A stretch of DNA of 64,000 bases, taken from NCBI GenBank assembly GCA_963837315.1, contig CAWINE010000028.1:470462-534461 (forward strand), in the 5' to 3' direction. Numbering within the stretch: the stretch's first letter is position 1; every line of letters begins with the position of its first letter. Below, piece after piece: positions 36,255 through 45,583 of this stretch. A model generated the notes under the pieces. It saw only the letters and a program-made list of their open reading frames with translations, was not told where the DNA came from and made no database searches. The DNA comes from an uncultured Chloroflexia bacterium (GTDB taxonomy: Bacteria > Chloroflexota > Chloroflexia > QHBQ01 > JADMIH01). The position numbers and the translations under genes were made by a program.

Positions 36255-36520
36255 GTTTCTACTTCTTACTTCTTACTTCTTCAACGCCAAGACGCCAAGA
36301 CGCCAAGGTTTTTAACGGTTTGAACCACAAAGACACGAAGAGCACAAAGTTCACGAAGGGTATTATGGGTTTGAATTGCAGCGATCACGGAGTACTCAGA
36401 GATCACAGAGGATATTATGGTTCAACCCCCATAAATAATCTTGGCGAGCCTTGGCGTTCTTGGCGTCTTCGAAAAACCGTCGTCCGTCTACCGACAACTG
36501 ACAACTGACAACTGACAACT
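36255..36520. repeat. modular repeat array, reverse-complement homolog of 10060-10270, lying between the T-box terminator and the proS start
   Basis: On the minus strand it reads cagttgtcag x4, cgccaag units, ggttgaaccataata, CTCTGTGATCTCTGAG..., caattcaaacccataatac, CTTCGTG/CTTTGTG units, ggttcaaaccgttaaaaac, CTTGGCGT x3, and agtaaga x3. Confidence 0.85.
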
Positions 36521-36522
36521 GG

Positions 36523-36795
36523 CACAAAAAACGCCCCCGCCCCGGTCAAGGGACGAGAGCATGAATCACTCCCGCGGTACCACCCTGATTGTCACATTTG
36601 TGGCCTGTGACCGCTCCTGGTTATTGCTTGCGTGGGAACCGCCCACTCCATCCTACTTGCTCGACCTTGAGCTTTCTTCGGCGGACCGCTCGGTGGCGGG
36701 TTCGTCGCGGCAGGTGTTGCCGGGCTTGCACTCTCTCCGGTTCGCTGTAACCCTTGCTGCGCTTACTATTCCACTTCAACGCGGGCATATTCGAT
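36523..36795 (-). promoter_or_regulatory. T-box leader (tRNA-sensing riboswitch) with a CCC (Pro) specifier, upstream of proS
   Basis: Minus-strand elements, given in plus-strand coordinates:
- GTTGAAG..AATAGTA (stem I base)
- AGAGAG bulge (36731-36736)
- specifier GAA-CCC-G (codon at 36698-36700)
- AAGTAGG, and the T-box sequence AATCAGGGTGGTACCGCGGG (36571-36590)
- terminator CTCTCGTCCC-TTGACC-GGGGCGGGGG followed by CGTTTTTTGT (36525-36560). Confidence 0.8.
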
Positions 36796-36953
36796 TGTGA
36801 CCATGCTACCAGAGTTTCGAGATCCAGGTACAGACGTCCAGATCCCTTGCCTTATGCAGATATAGAGTGGACTATGCGACGCTTACTGCCCTCTGCGGTG
36901 AATTACGGTCGCCCTACTTTGAGTTGTGACCAAGCGCCGATGTATAATATCCC

Positions 36954-37659
36954 ATGCTCTCCGACCAATCCGCAATCCGCAATCCGCAATCCGCAATCCA
37001 TATCGTTCCTTCAATCCTCTCAGCCGACTTCGCCCGGCTGGGCGAGCAGGTGCAGGAGGCTGTGAAGGCCGGGGCGGGGCGTATCCAGGTGGACGTCATG
37101 GACGGCCATTACGTGCCCAACATCACGGTCGGTCCGGTTGTGCTCGCTGCAATCCGCCCTTATTGCTCCGTGCCCATAGAGTGCCACTTGATGATCGAGC
37201 ACCCTGAGGCTTTTATCCATGATTTCGCCGAAGCGGGAGCCGACATCATCATCGTCCACGTCGAAACGGCTCCGCACCTGCACCGCGTTGTCCAGCAAAT
37301 CCGCGCCGAGGGCAAAGGCGTGGGGGTGGCTCTCGAATCCATCCACGCCGCTGGTGGACCTCGAAGAAATCCTGGAATATATCGATATGGCCCTCGTCAT
37401 GACCGTCAACCCCGGCTTCGGCGGGCAGGAATTCATCTATTCGATGCTGCCCAAAATCAGCCGCCTTCGCGCAACTATCCAGGAGCGCGGCCTCCACTGC
37501 GACATCGAAGTGGATGGCGGCATCCATGAAGGCACAATCCGCCAGGCAGTCCAGGCGGGCGCGAACCTGCTGGTCGCGGGGTCCGCCGTCTATGATGCGC
37601 CCGACGGTGTAGAAGCCGCGATGCAGCGGCTCCGCTCCGCTATAGAGGAACCCAAATGA
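36954..37659 (+). pseudogene. rpe: ribulose-phosphate 3-epimerase, one frameshift
   Basis: [40 protein letters not shown] and IIIVHVE are in ORF 36954-37529. [32 protein letters not shown]...DIEVDGGI...LVAGSAVY are in ORF 37219-37659. The junction is at about 37335. The N-terminus reads through (CCGCAAT)x4. Confidence 0.85.
36962..36999. repeat. (CCGCAAT)x4 run inside the annotated rpe 5' end
   Basis: ccgaccaatccgcaatccgcaatccgcaatccgcaatcc. Confidence 0.85.
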
Positions 37660-39514
37660 CCACACTCAAGCATGCCGTCAGCACGGCGGCTGAAACGCTA
37701 GCCACCACACTTCCCCACTGGGACATGGACACCATCTTCCCCGGCCTACAATCGCCCGAATTCGAGGCAGGCTTCCGCCATGTCACCGAATCCATAGACG
37801 GCCTCACCGAGACTATTCGATCGCCATAACGTGCGCTTGCTAACTGCCGAAGAACAATCCGCAATCCGCCATCGTCCTTCGTCCTCGGAATCCGCAATTG
37901 ATGAGGTAATAACGCGGTTCAACACCGTCCTTGAAGAGTACCGCACTATCAGCGCCTATATCCAGTGCATACTCAGTACCGACACCCGCGACAGCGTGGC
38001 CCTTCACCGCGCAAGCGAGATGCAGGCTCTAGGGCGTGCGCATCTCCCAGCTTGGCACGCGGTGGACGGCCTGGATAGGCTCGCTTGACGTTGAAGTCCT
38101 CATCGAGCGCTCTCAATTGGCCCGTGACCATGCCTTCAACCTGCGCAAAACCCACCGGCGCGCACGACACCTCATGTCCCCTGCCGAGGAGAACCTGGCC
38201 TCCGAGCTCTACCTTAGCGGCGGCAGCGGCTGGGAAAAGCTGCACATGAGCGTGTCGTCACAGCTTGCTGTTACCGTCGAAATGCCCGGCGGAGAGAAGC
38301 GCGAGCTGCCCATGAGCGCCGTACGCAATCTCGCTTTCGACACCGACCGCGAGGTACGCCGGCGCGCCTACGAAGCCGAATTGGAAGGCTGGAAGAGGGC
38401 CGCCGTGCCTCTTGCCGCCGCCCTCAACGGTGTGAAAGGCGAGGTCAACACCCTCTCGCGCCACCGCCAGTGGGACTCGGCCCTCGATGAAGCCATCTTC
38501 GACAGCAATATCGACCGCCAGACCCTCGACGCCATGATGGAGGCCGCACGCGAATCGTTCCCCGACTTTCGCCGCTATATGCACACTCGCGCCCGCATGA
38601 TGGGCATCGAGCGCCTCGCCTGGTACGATATCTTCGCGCCTGTAGAAGGCAGCACCAGCGCCTGGAACTATTCGGACGCCAGGGCCTTCATCGTCGAGCA
38701 GTTCGGCAGTTATTCAAGCAAGCTGGCGGGCCTTGCCGATCGCGCCTTCCGCGATAACTGGGTTGACGCCGAGCCGCGTGTCGGCAAGCGCGACGGTGCA
38801 TACTGCACGCCCATCCGCAACGACGAATCTCGCGTCTTCACCAACTACAAGTCGAGCTACGGAGGCGTCAGCACTCTCGCCCACGAACTGGGGCATGCCT
38901 ACCATAATATGGTCAAGGCCGGCCGCACCACCCTCCAGAAGAGCACCCCCATGACGCTGGCCGAGACCGCCAGCATCTTCTGCGAGACCATCATCCGCCA
39001 CGCCGCCATGAAGGATGCTCCGCGCGAAGAGCAGGTCGCGATACTGGCCCAATCGATCCAGAATAGCTGCCAGGTAGTCGTTGACATAACCAGCCGCTTC
39101 CTCTTCGAGAGCCGCCTCTTCGAGAAGCGCCGCGAGCGCGAGCTGACCGTGGACGAGCTTTGCGACCTCATGCTCGACGCCCAGAAAGAGACCTACGGCG
39201 ACGGCCTGGACCAGACCAAGCTCCACCCATATATGTGGGCCGTCAAGCCCCACTATTACCGGACCGGCCTCTCCTTCTACAATTTCCCCTACATGTTCGG
39301 TCTCCTCTTCGGCCTCGGCCTCTACGCCCAGTACCGCCAGGACCCCGACACCTTCCGCCGCAGCTACGACGACCTCCTCTCCTCCACAGGCATGGACGAC
39401 GCTGCCACCCTGGCCGCCCGCTTCGGCATCGACGTCCGCACCCCCGCCTTCTGGCGCTCCAGCCTCGACATCATTAGAGCTGATATAGAGGAGTTCGAGC
39501 GATTGGTGGGGTAG
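37656..39514 (+). pseudogene. pepF: M3B oligoendopeptidase F family metallopeptidase, at least two frameshifts
   Basis: ATG 37656 overlaps the rpe stop (ATGA), giving [40 protein letters not shown]... up to a stop at about 37828. The continuation is in ORF 37831-38088 and then in ORF 38036-39514, which carries the zinc site TLAHELGHAYH and the rest of the M3 fold. Confidence 0.8.
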
Positions 39515-39527
39515 GGATCATAGGGCA

Positions 39528-40034
39528 ATGACCCAACCGCAGGACAAGTACCTCAAGCTGAAGCCACTGTCGCCAACTCCGGGAGAGGAGATATGCTCTT
39601 GCCCTGAATTCTCCGCCCATCAAGTTGATGTGTGCACTCGGGTACAACCCCATACATTGCATGAACTGCAACCTAGAGGTAGACCCGGCATCTCTTGATT
39701 TGCCCACCGAGCTGGTTCGAAGAAATCGCTTACTGGCGATGGGTTCATAATTCTATTGACAATTTGTGGTTAGCTTCTGGCGAATATGAGGAATGGGCAC
39801 GAACCCAACTATCTGACATATCCAATCCGCTCAATCAAAGTGGCCGAGATATTCAGGCTTCTCTGAGTCCAGATACGACTCTGCTATTTTTGGTACTTTC
39901 AGGACCAATCCGCCGACGACTATGAGCCACTAGAAATATGTCCCTCTTGCGGTGCACGATTGAAGCTATATTCTGAAGGCATCTTCGAGCAGCGTATTTG
40001 CGATGTTTGTAACATAGTTGTGCCGGGAGCGTGA
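39528..40034 (+). pseudogene. zinc-ribbon protein (DUF2310-like?), at least three frameshifts
   Basis: The segments MTQPQDKYLKLKPLSPTPGEEICSCPEFSAHQVDVC, ALGYNPIHCMNCNLEVDPASLDLPTELV, EEIAYWRWVHNSIDNLWLASGEYEEWARTQLSD... and YYFWYFQDQSADDYEPLEICPSCGARLKLY...CDVCNIVVPGA lie in different frames. The family name is tentative. Confidence 0.4.
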
Positions 40035-40062
40035 CTCCTCGTTTTCAGGACCATAATCTCTA

Positions 40063-41172
40063 ATGCAGACACCCATGATCAGTTTCCTACCAGGTGCACC
40101 GAGCTAAGCCGCCTCTTCTACTACGAAGCGGTCCTGCCCATCCTCGAAACGCACTTCCCCACCTTACCACACGCTGCCGCCCACATGGGTGATGGCAGCG
40201 ACGTACTCGGTTTCGACACGCCCATGTCTACCGACCACGGCTGGGGTCCGTCCGTTACTCTTTTCCTTCGGGACGAGGATATCCACCTTGGCCCCAGGAT
40301 CCTGGAGGTTATGAGCGAGAACCTGCCCTACACCTTCCACGGCTACTCAACCCATTTCGGCGACTCGCCAGCCGAGCCGGGCACGCCCGTCCTGGAAACC
40401 ATCGCAACGGGCCTTATCAACCACAAGGTGTTCGTAACCACGGTCGCTATCTTCGTGCAGCGTCACCTCGGCTTCGATCTCGACCGGCCCATTGAACCCG
40501 CCGACTGGCTTACCTTCCCTTCCCAAAGTCTCCGGGCCATCAAAGCGGGCACGGTCCACCACGACGGTGTGGGCGAGCTAACCGAAGTGCGCGAGCGCTT
40601 CGCTTACTACCCGCACGACGTCTGGCTCTACCTGCTGGCGTCCGGCTGGCAGCGCATCTCCCAGGAGGAGCACCTCATGCCCCGCGCCGGCTACGTAGGC
40701 GACGAATTAGGCTCATCGATCATCGGCTCCCGCCTGGTCCGCGATATCATGACCCTCTGCTTCTATGTAGAGCACCAATACGCGCCTTACCCCAAGTGGT
40801 TCGGCACCGCCTTCAAACAACTCTCCTGCGCCCCCGACCTCACGCCCATCCTCACACGCGCCCAGCTAGCCGCAACCTGGCAGGAGCGCGAAGCTGCCCT
40901 GGTAGATGCCTACGAATACGTGGCTCGCGCTCACAACGCCCTCGGCATCACCGAGCCGCTCTCCGAGAGCGTCACGCCGTTCTTCGGTCGCCCTTTCAAG
41001 GTGCTGTTTCGCCGAGCGCTTCGCCAAAGCCATAGTCGCCCGCATCACCGACCCTGCCGTGCAACGTATCGCCTCCCGCCGCCTTATAGGCAGCATCGAC
41101 CAGTTCAGCGACAGCACCGACCTACGCTCCTCCATAGAGTGGCGCGAGGCCCTGCGTAAGTTGTATACTTAG
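40063..41172 (+). pseudogene. DUF4037 domain protein, two frameshifts
   Basis: ATG 40063 (MQTPMISFLPG) is out of frame with CTELSRLFYYEAVLPILETHFP...HMGDGSDVLGFDTPMSTDHGWGP (ORF 40185-41159). The C-terminus FAERFAKAIVARITDPAVQRIASRRLIGSIDQFSDS...LRKLYT is in ORF 40906-41172. Confidence 0.65.
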
Positions 41173-41248
41173 GTGGTTGACAGGCTCGCCCTGTCCGGGG
41201 TCTGGGGTGTCGCCAGTTTCCCTTCAAAATTACAGGGGAGAAGTAATT

Positions 41249-41476
41249 ATGCCCATCTACGAATATTGGTGCCCCGAATGCCGAGCGGCCTTCGAGAAGC
41301 TGCGCCCCATGCAGTCCAACGACAGCGAAGTGACTTGCCCGCGCTGCGGCTCCAAAGTGAAGAAGATGCTGTCGGTGGTGGCAGCAATCGGACGCTCCTC
41401 CGGCGACGAAAGCTACGCCTCGGGCGGAGGTGGCTGCGGCTGCGGGGGCAATTGCAGTTGCCGAAGTAACAACTGA
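41249..41476 (+). CDS. FmdB-family zinc-ribbon protein (putative regulatory CxxC protein)
   Basis: MPIYEYWCPECRAAFE...VTCPRCGS follows GGGGAG. A Gly/Cys-rich tail GGGGCGCGGNCSC follows. Confidence 0.8.
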   Translation: MPIYEYWCPECRAAFEKLRPMQSNDSEVTCPRCGSKVKKMLSVVAAIGRSSGDESYASGGGGCGCGGNCSCRSNN

Positions 41477-41479
41477 GAT

Positions 41480-41531
41480 CCATAAATGAAAAAGGCGATG
41501 AGAGGCCTCTCATCGCCTTTTTCATTTATGG
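41480..41531. terminator. perfect 26-bp-arm palindrome acting as a bidirectional terminator
   Basis: ccataaatgaaaaaggcgatgagagg pairs with cctctcatcgcctttttcatttatgg. It sits between the convergent FmdB-like and methyltransferase genes. Confidence 0.7.
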
Positions 41532-41536
41532 ACCAT

Positions 41537-42340
41537 CTATATCCGAGTGCCCCGCACGGCCCACGCCCGCGCAATCAAGTCAATCGAGCCATCTTTATTA
41601 ATAGGCAATCTGGCGTGTGTGCGCTCTCGCAGCTCTTCTCGCTTCTCTTCACTTAGCGACATCGCGTAGCGCGGCGCGGGAGCCTGTCCGCCTAGAAATG
41701 GCGACCAGAAGTCGTTGAAGTCGCGGAAGTGAGTGGGTGCGTCGATGGCCCGCACTTCTACATCTGCAAGTCCAGCATTCCGAAATAGCTCTTCAAGCGC
41801 TTCCGGCTTGCACAGTGGAAATCGCGCCCCCTCGTCCAGTTCAGTCGCATCCGGATTGAGCGCCACCGCCGCGTCCCAGAAATAGCGCATCATCTCCATT
41901 TTGCCTGCGTAGTCCCACACATAGAGTGCCACTGTACTGCTCGACCGTGTCACCCGCGCCATTTCAGCGACCATCGTTGCCGGCTGCGGCACGAAATTGA
42001 GCACGAGCCCCGATACTGTAACGTCGTAACGCCCATCCTCGTCAGGCAGCGCTTGTGCATCGCCCACTCCAAATGTGACCCTCTTATCCTGGATATGATC
42101 GCGAGCGAATTGCACAAACCCTTCCGATGGGTCAATGCCTCTAACTTCGCCGGGCGAAGCCATCTCCAAAATAGTCTGGCTCAGCGCACCCGTGCCGCAG
42201 CCAGCGTCGAGCCACTTCTGCCCCTTCGGCTCGTCGAGCCATGCCAGGAACTCCCTGGCAACAACCCTGCTCCACCGCCCCACGTAAGGCTCGTACAGCG
42301 CACCACTGGCCCACCTTTCTTTATCCTTTTTCCCTTCCAA
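41537..42340 (-). CDS. class I SAM-dependent methyltransferase
   Basis: 267 aa with motif I WLDAGCGTGALS and post-I GIDPSEGFV. Confidence 0.8.
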   Translation of the reverse strand: MEGKKDKERWASGALYEPYVGRWSRVVAREFLAWLDEPKGQKWLDAGCGTGALSQTILEMASPGEVRGIDPSEGFVQFARDHIQDKRVTFGVGDAQALPDEDGRYDVTVSGLVLNFVPQPATMVAEMARVTRSSSTVALYVWDYAGKMEMMRYFWDAAVALNPDATELDEGARFPLCKPEALEELFRNAGLADVEVRAIDAPTHFRDFNDFWSPFLGGQAPAPRYAMSLSEEKREELRERTHARLPINKDGSIDLIARAWAVRGTRI

Positions 42341-42671
42341 TTTTCAATCTCCTCATAGGCGATCTTTACACAGAGCCACAATATCCTGGCGCTATGATAC
42401 CAGAATAGCCAATCATGTCGATCCCCGTATCCATCTAGATAATTCACCAATAATTCACCAACAACCACCGATATTTGCGCCCTCTAGTGGTATGGTTTCG
42501 AATTGGAGGTGTTCAGGTCTCGTGGCAGTTGCGCGCTCGCACGCATGATGCTATAATGAATATTGGCCTTCATAAGGAGTGTTTTCTAGCATGGTCGGTA
42601 TAAGAGAGGCTGGCGATAATTTCTCAATGGCTTCCCATAACTTGACGCAAGAGGTCTCAACACAGCCTTTT

Positions 42672-44135
42672 ATGACTGAATACCTGACCACCATCGGCCT
42701 GGAAGTACACGCACAACTCCTTACCGAGAGTAAGATGTTCTGCGGCTGTGACGCTAACATCGCCTACGCCGCCCCCAACACCCACGTCTGCCCTATCTGC
42801 CTCGGTATGCCCGGCACCCTGCCCGTCATCAACGCCGAAGCTCTCCGCAAGACCCTCCTTACCGGCCTGGCCCTCAACTGCACCATCCCTACGCTCTCCA
42901 AGTTCGACCGCAAGAACTACCCTTACCCTGACCTCATGAAGGGCTACCAGATCTCGCAGTACGACCTCCCTCTTTGCATACACGGCCATCTTGAAGCCGA
43001 AGAGACCGACGCCCGCGGCAATCCCATTCGCACCTTTCGCGTCGGCATCATCCGCGTCCACCTGGAAGAGGATACCGCCCGTCTGCTGCACCGCACAGGC
43101 CCAGACGGCGTCCCGTACAGCCTTATGGACGTGAACCGCGCGGGGCTGCCTCTCATGGAGATCGTCTCCGCGCCCGACATCACATCGCCCGACGAAGCCC
43201 AGCTCTACCTGGTACAGCTTCGCCACCTTTTGCGCTGGATCGGCGTATCCACAGGCAACATGGAGGAAGGGGCCTTCCGCGTCGACGCCAACGTATCTGT
43301 GCGCCGCGCCGACCAGACGGAATACGGCACCAAGGTCGAAGTGAAGAACATGAACTCCTTCAAGTCGGTGCGCGACGCCCTCAAGTACGAAGTCGAAAGA
43401 CAAATAGGCGTGCTTGAGAGTGGAGGCCGCATCGTGCAGGAGACGCGCGGCTGGGACGACGCTCGCAACGTCACCCTGTCGCAACGCACCAAAGAGCAGG
43501 CCCACGACTACCGCTACTTCCCTGAGCCCGACCTGCCGCCCCTCACCTACGGAGCCACCGACGAGCAGCGAGAAGCCCTCCGAGCCTCCCTACCGGAGCT
43601 TCCCGAAGCCCGCCGCGACCGCTTTATCTCTCAATTCGGCCTATCACGCCACGATGCCACCCAGCTTGTAAACTCCCGCGCCATCGCTGATTACTTCGAA
43701 CAGACAGTCCGAGGCGGGGACACCGAGCATGCACGCATCGCTGCGGGCTTCGTGATGAACAACCTGCCCAATCTGCTCGGAGAAGCCAACGTCTCGATCG
43801 AGCAGAGCAAGCTGACTCCCGGACGCCTGCGTGAGCTTGTCGACCTGGTGGCCGGCGGCACTATCAACCTTAATATAGCCCGCACTATTATCCCCGAGCT
43901 TTTCGCATCGGGCGAATCGGCCACGGACCTCGTGAAGGCACGCGGTCTCGGCGTGGTAAAAGACGAATTGGCCCTCGAAAAGGCGGTGGACGAAGCCCTG
44001 TCCGCCAACCCCAAAGCGGTGGCCGACTACCTGGGCGGCAAAGAGAGCGCGTTGGCCGCTTTCTTGGGTCCCATCATGAAAGCAACTCGCGGCCAGGCCG
44101 ATGCCAACTGTGGTCCGAGAGTTGCTTCGCCGTAA
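42672..44135 (+). CDS. gatB: Asp-tRNA(Asn)/Glu-tRNA(Gln) amidotransferase subunit B; last ~10 codons frameshifted
   Basis: ATG 42672 gives MTEYLTTIGLEVHAQL. The motifs CPICLGMPGTLP, KNYPYPDLMKGYQISQ, VNRAGLPLMEIV and RCDANVSV-like (RVDANVSV) are present. The consensus C-terminus ANVVRELLRRKLEGLRASG is in the +1 frame from about 44107, which would move the true stop to 44161-44163. Confidence 0.88.
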   Translation: MTEYLTTIGLEVHAQLLTESKMFCGCDANIAYAAPNTHVCPICLGMPGTLPVINAEALRKTLLTGLALNCTIPTLSKFDRKNYPYPDLMKGYQISQYDLPLCIHGHLEAEETDARGNPIRTFRVGIIRVHLEEDTARLLHRTGPDGVPYSLMDVNRAGLPLMEIVSAPDITSPDEAQLYLVQLRHLLRWIGVSTGNMEEGAFRVDANVSVRRADQTEYGTKVEVKNMNSFKSVRDALKYEVERQIGVLESGGRIVQETRGWDDARNVTLSQRTKEQAHDYRYFPEPDLPPLTYGATDEQREALRASLPELPEARRDRFISQFGLSRHDATQLVNSRAIADYFEQTVRGGDTEHARIAAGFVMNNLPNLLGEANVSIEQSKLTPGRLRELVDLVAGGTINLNIARTIIPELFASGESATDLVKARGLGVVKDELALEKAVDEALSANPKAVADYLGGKESALAAFLGPIMKATRGQADANCGPRVASP

Positions 44136-44147
44136 ATTGGAAGGATT

Positions 44148-44220
44148 GCGGGCGAGTGGTTAGTGGCCAGTGGCCAGTGGCTAGTCGTTCTAACCACTAA
44201 CCACTAACCACTCGTCCCGC
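44148..44220. repeat. heptamer-arm hairpin (GTGGCCA / GTGGTTA units) after gatB
   Basis: gcgggcgagtggttagtggccagtggccagtggctag pairs with ctaaccactaaccactaaccactcgtcccgc. Confidence 0.85.
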
Positions 44221-44265
44221 CCTTGTATACCAGACACCAAATAAACTCAATGAGGAGAACTACCA

Positions 44266-45525
44266 ATGCCGGAAACAATCGTCAAGCCTAATCCCTATCA
44301 CGTCGCGGTCGAGCAGTTTATGATCGCCGCCGACAAGCTGAACCTCGATGAGGGGATGAAGCAAATATTATCCAAGCCCAAGCGCGAGCTGACCGTGAAC
44401 TTCCCCGTCCGCATGGACGACGGTAGCTACAGGGTCTTCACGGGCTATCGCGTGCAGCACTCGCTCACCCGCGGCCCTGCAAAGGGCGGCATCCGCTATC
44501 ATCAGGACGTTTCTCTGGACGAAGTGCGCGCCCTCGCCATGTGGATGACATGGAAGTGCGCTACAGTGGGCATCCCCTATGGCGGAGCCAAGGGCGGCAT
44601 TATCGTTGACCCCAAGAAGCTCAGCCTCGCGGAGACCGAGCGGATGACCCGCCGCTTCGCCGCCGAAATCGCCCCGATCATCGGCCCCGAGGTCGACATC
44701 CCCGCTCCCGACGTGAACACCAACTCTCAGACGATGGCCTGGATCATGGACACTATCTCCATGATGCGCGGCTACCCGATCCCCGGCCTTATCACCGGCA
44801 AGCCAATCGCCCTCGAAGGCTCGCTCGGACGCAACGAAGCGACCGCACGCGGCCTCCAGTACGTTGTGCGCGAAGCCGCCAAGACCAAGAATATGAGCCT
44901 CCAGGGCGCTCGCGTGGTCGTGCAGGGTTATGGCAACGCAGGCGCGATCGCGGCCCGCCTCCTCGCAGAGGATGGCGCCATCATCATCGCGGTGTCTGAT
45001 AGCCGCGGCGGTATCTACAACTCCAAGGGCATTGATCCCAACGGCGCGCTCCGCTACAAGCAAGAGCACGGCACCCTCTCCGGTTTCGCCGGCTCGGACG
45101 ACATCAGCAACGAAGCCATCCTTGAGGTCGAGTGCGACATTCTTGTGCCCGCCGCCCTCGAAAGCGTTATCACAGGCCGCAACGCCGACCGTATCAAGAC
45201 CAAGATGATCGCTGAGGCCGCCAACGGCCCCACAGGCCCCGAAGCCGACCGCATCCTGCACGATAAGGGCATCATGGTCCTCCCCGACATCCTGGCCAAC
45301 GCCGGTGGTGTTACCGTCTCCTACTTCGAGTGGGCGCAGAACATCCAGGGCTATTACTGGGCCGAGGATGAGGTCAATGTGAAGCTTGAGCGCGTAATGA
45401 AGCGCTCCTTCCAGGACGTTTACGAGACGGCAACCAATAGCTCGGTCGACATGCGCACCGGTGCTTATATGCTGGCAATCTCCCGCGTCGCGGAAGTCAC
45501 CCGCTTGCGCGGCATCTTCCCGTAG
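44266..45525 (+). CDS. gdhA: Glu/Leu/Phe/Val dehydrogenase family, glutamate dehydrogenase
   Basis: 419 aa with GPAKGGIRYH, the catalytic Lys region IPYGGAKGGI, and the NAD(P) site VVQGYGNAGA. SD GAGGAG lies upstream. Confidence 0.88.
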   Translation: MPETIVKPNPYHVAVEQFMIAADKLNLDEGMKQILSKPKRELTVNFPVRMDDGSYRVFTGYRVQHSLTRGPAKGGIRYHQDVSLDEVRALAMWMTWKCATVGIPYGGAKGGIIVDPKKLSLAETERMTRRFAAEIAPIIGPEVDIPAPDVNTNSQTMAWIMDTISMMRGYPIPGLITGKPIALEGSLGRNEATARGLQYVVREAAKTKNMSLQGARVVVQGYGNAGAIAARLLAEDGAIIIAVSDSRGGIYNSKGIDPNGALRYKQEHGTLSGFAGSDDISNEAILEVECDILVPAALESVITGRNADRIKTKMIAEAANGPTGPEADRILHDKGIMVLPDILANAGGVTVSYFEWAQNIQGYYWAEDEVNVKLERVMKRSFQDVYETATNSSVDMRTGAYMLAISRVAEVTRLRGIFP

Positions 45526-45540
45526 TCCGGCTTTCGTTGA

Positions 45541-45583
45541 AGCATAAAAAATGGGACCGCTCAGCGGTCCCATTTTTTATGCT
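45541..45583. terminator. bidirectional hairpin terminator between gdh and the desaturase
   Basis: agcataaaaaatgggaccgc-tca-gcggtcccattttttatgct, with A and T runs on both sides. Confidence 0.75.

Noticed and set aside
44368-45573. A 401-aa minus-strand ORF.
   Set aside because: It is antisense to the intact glutamate dehydrogenase gene and is a shadow ORF. The same applies to 21526-22152, 42657-43505, 28752-29366 and the many other antisense ORFs in the track.
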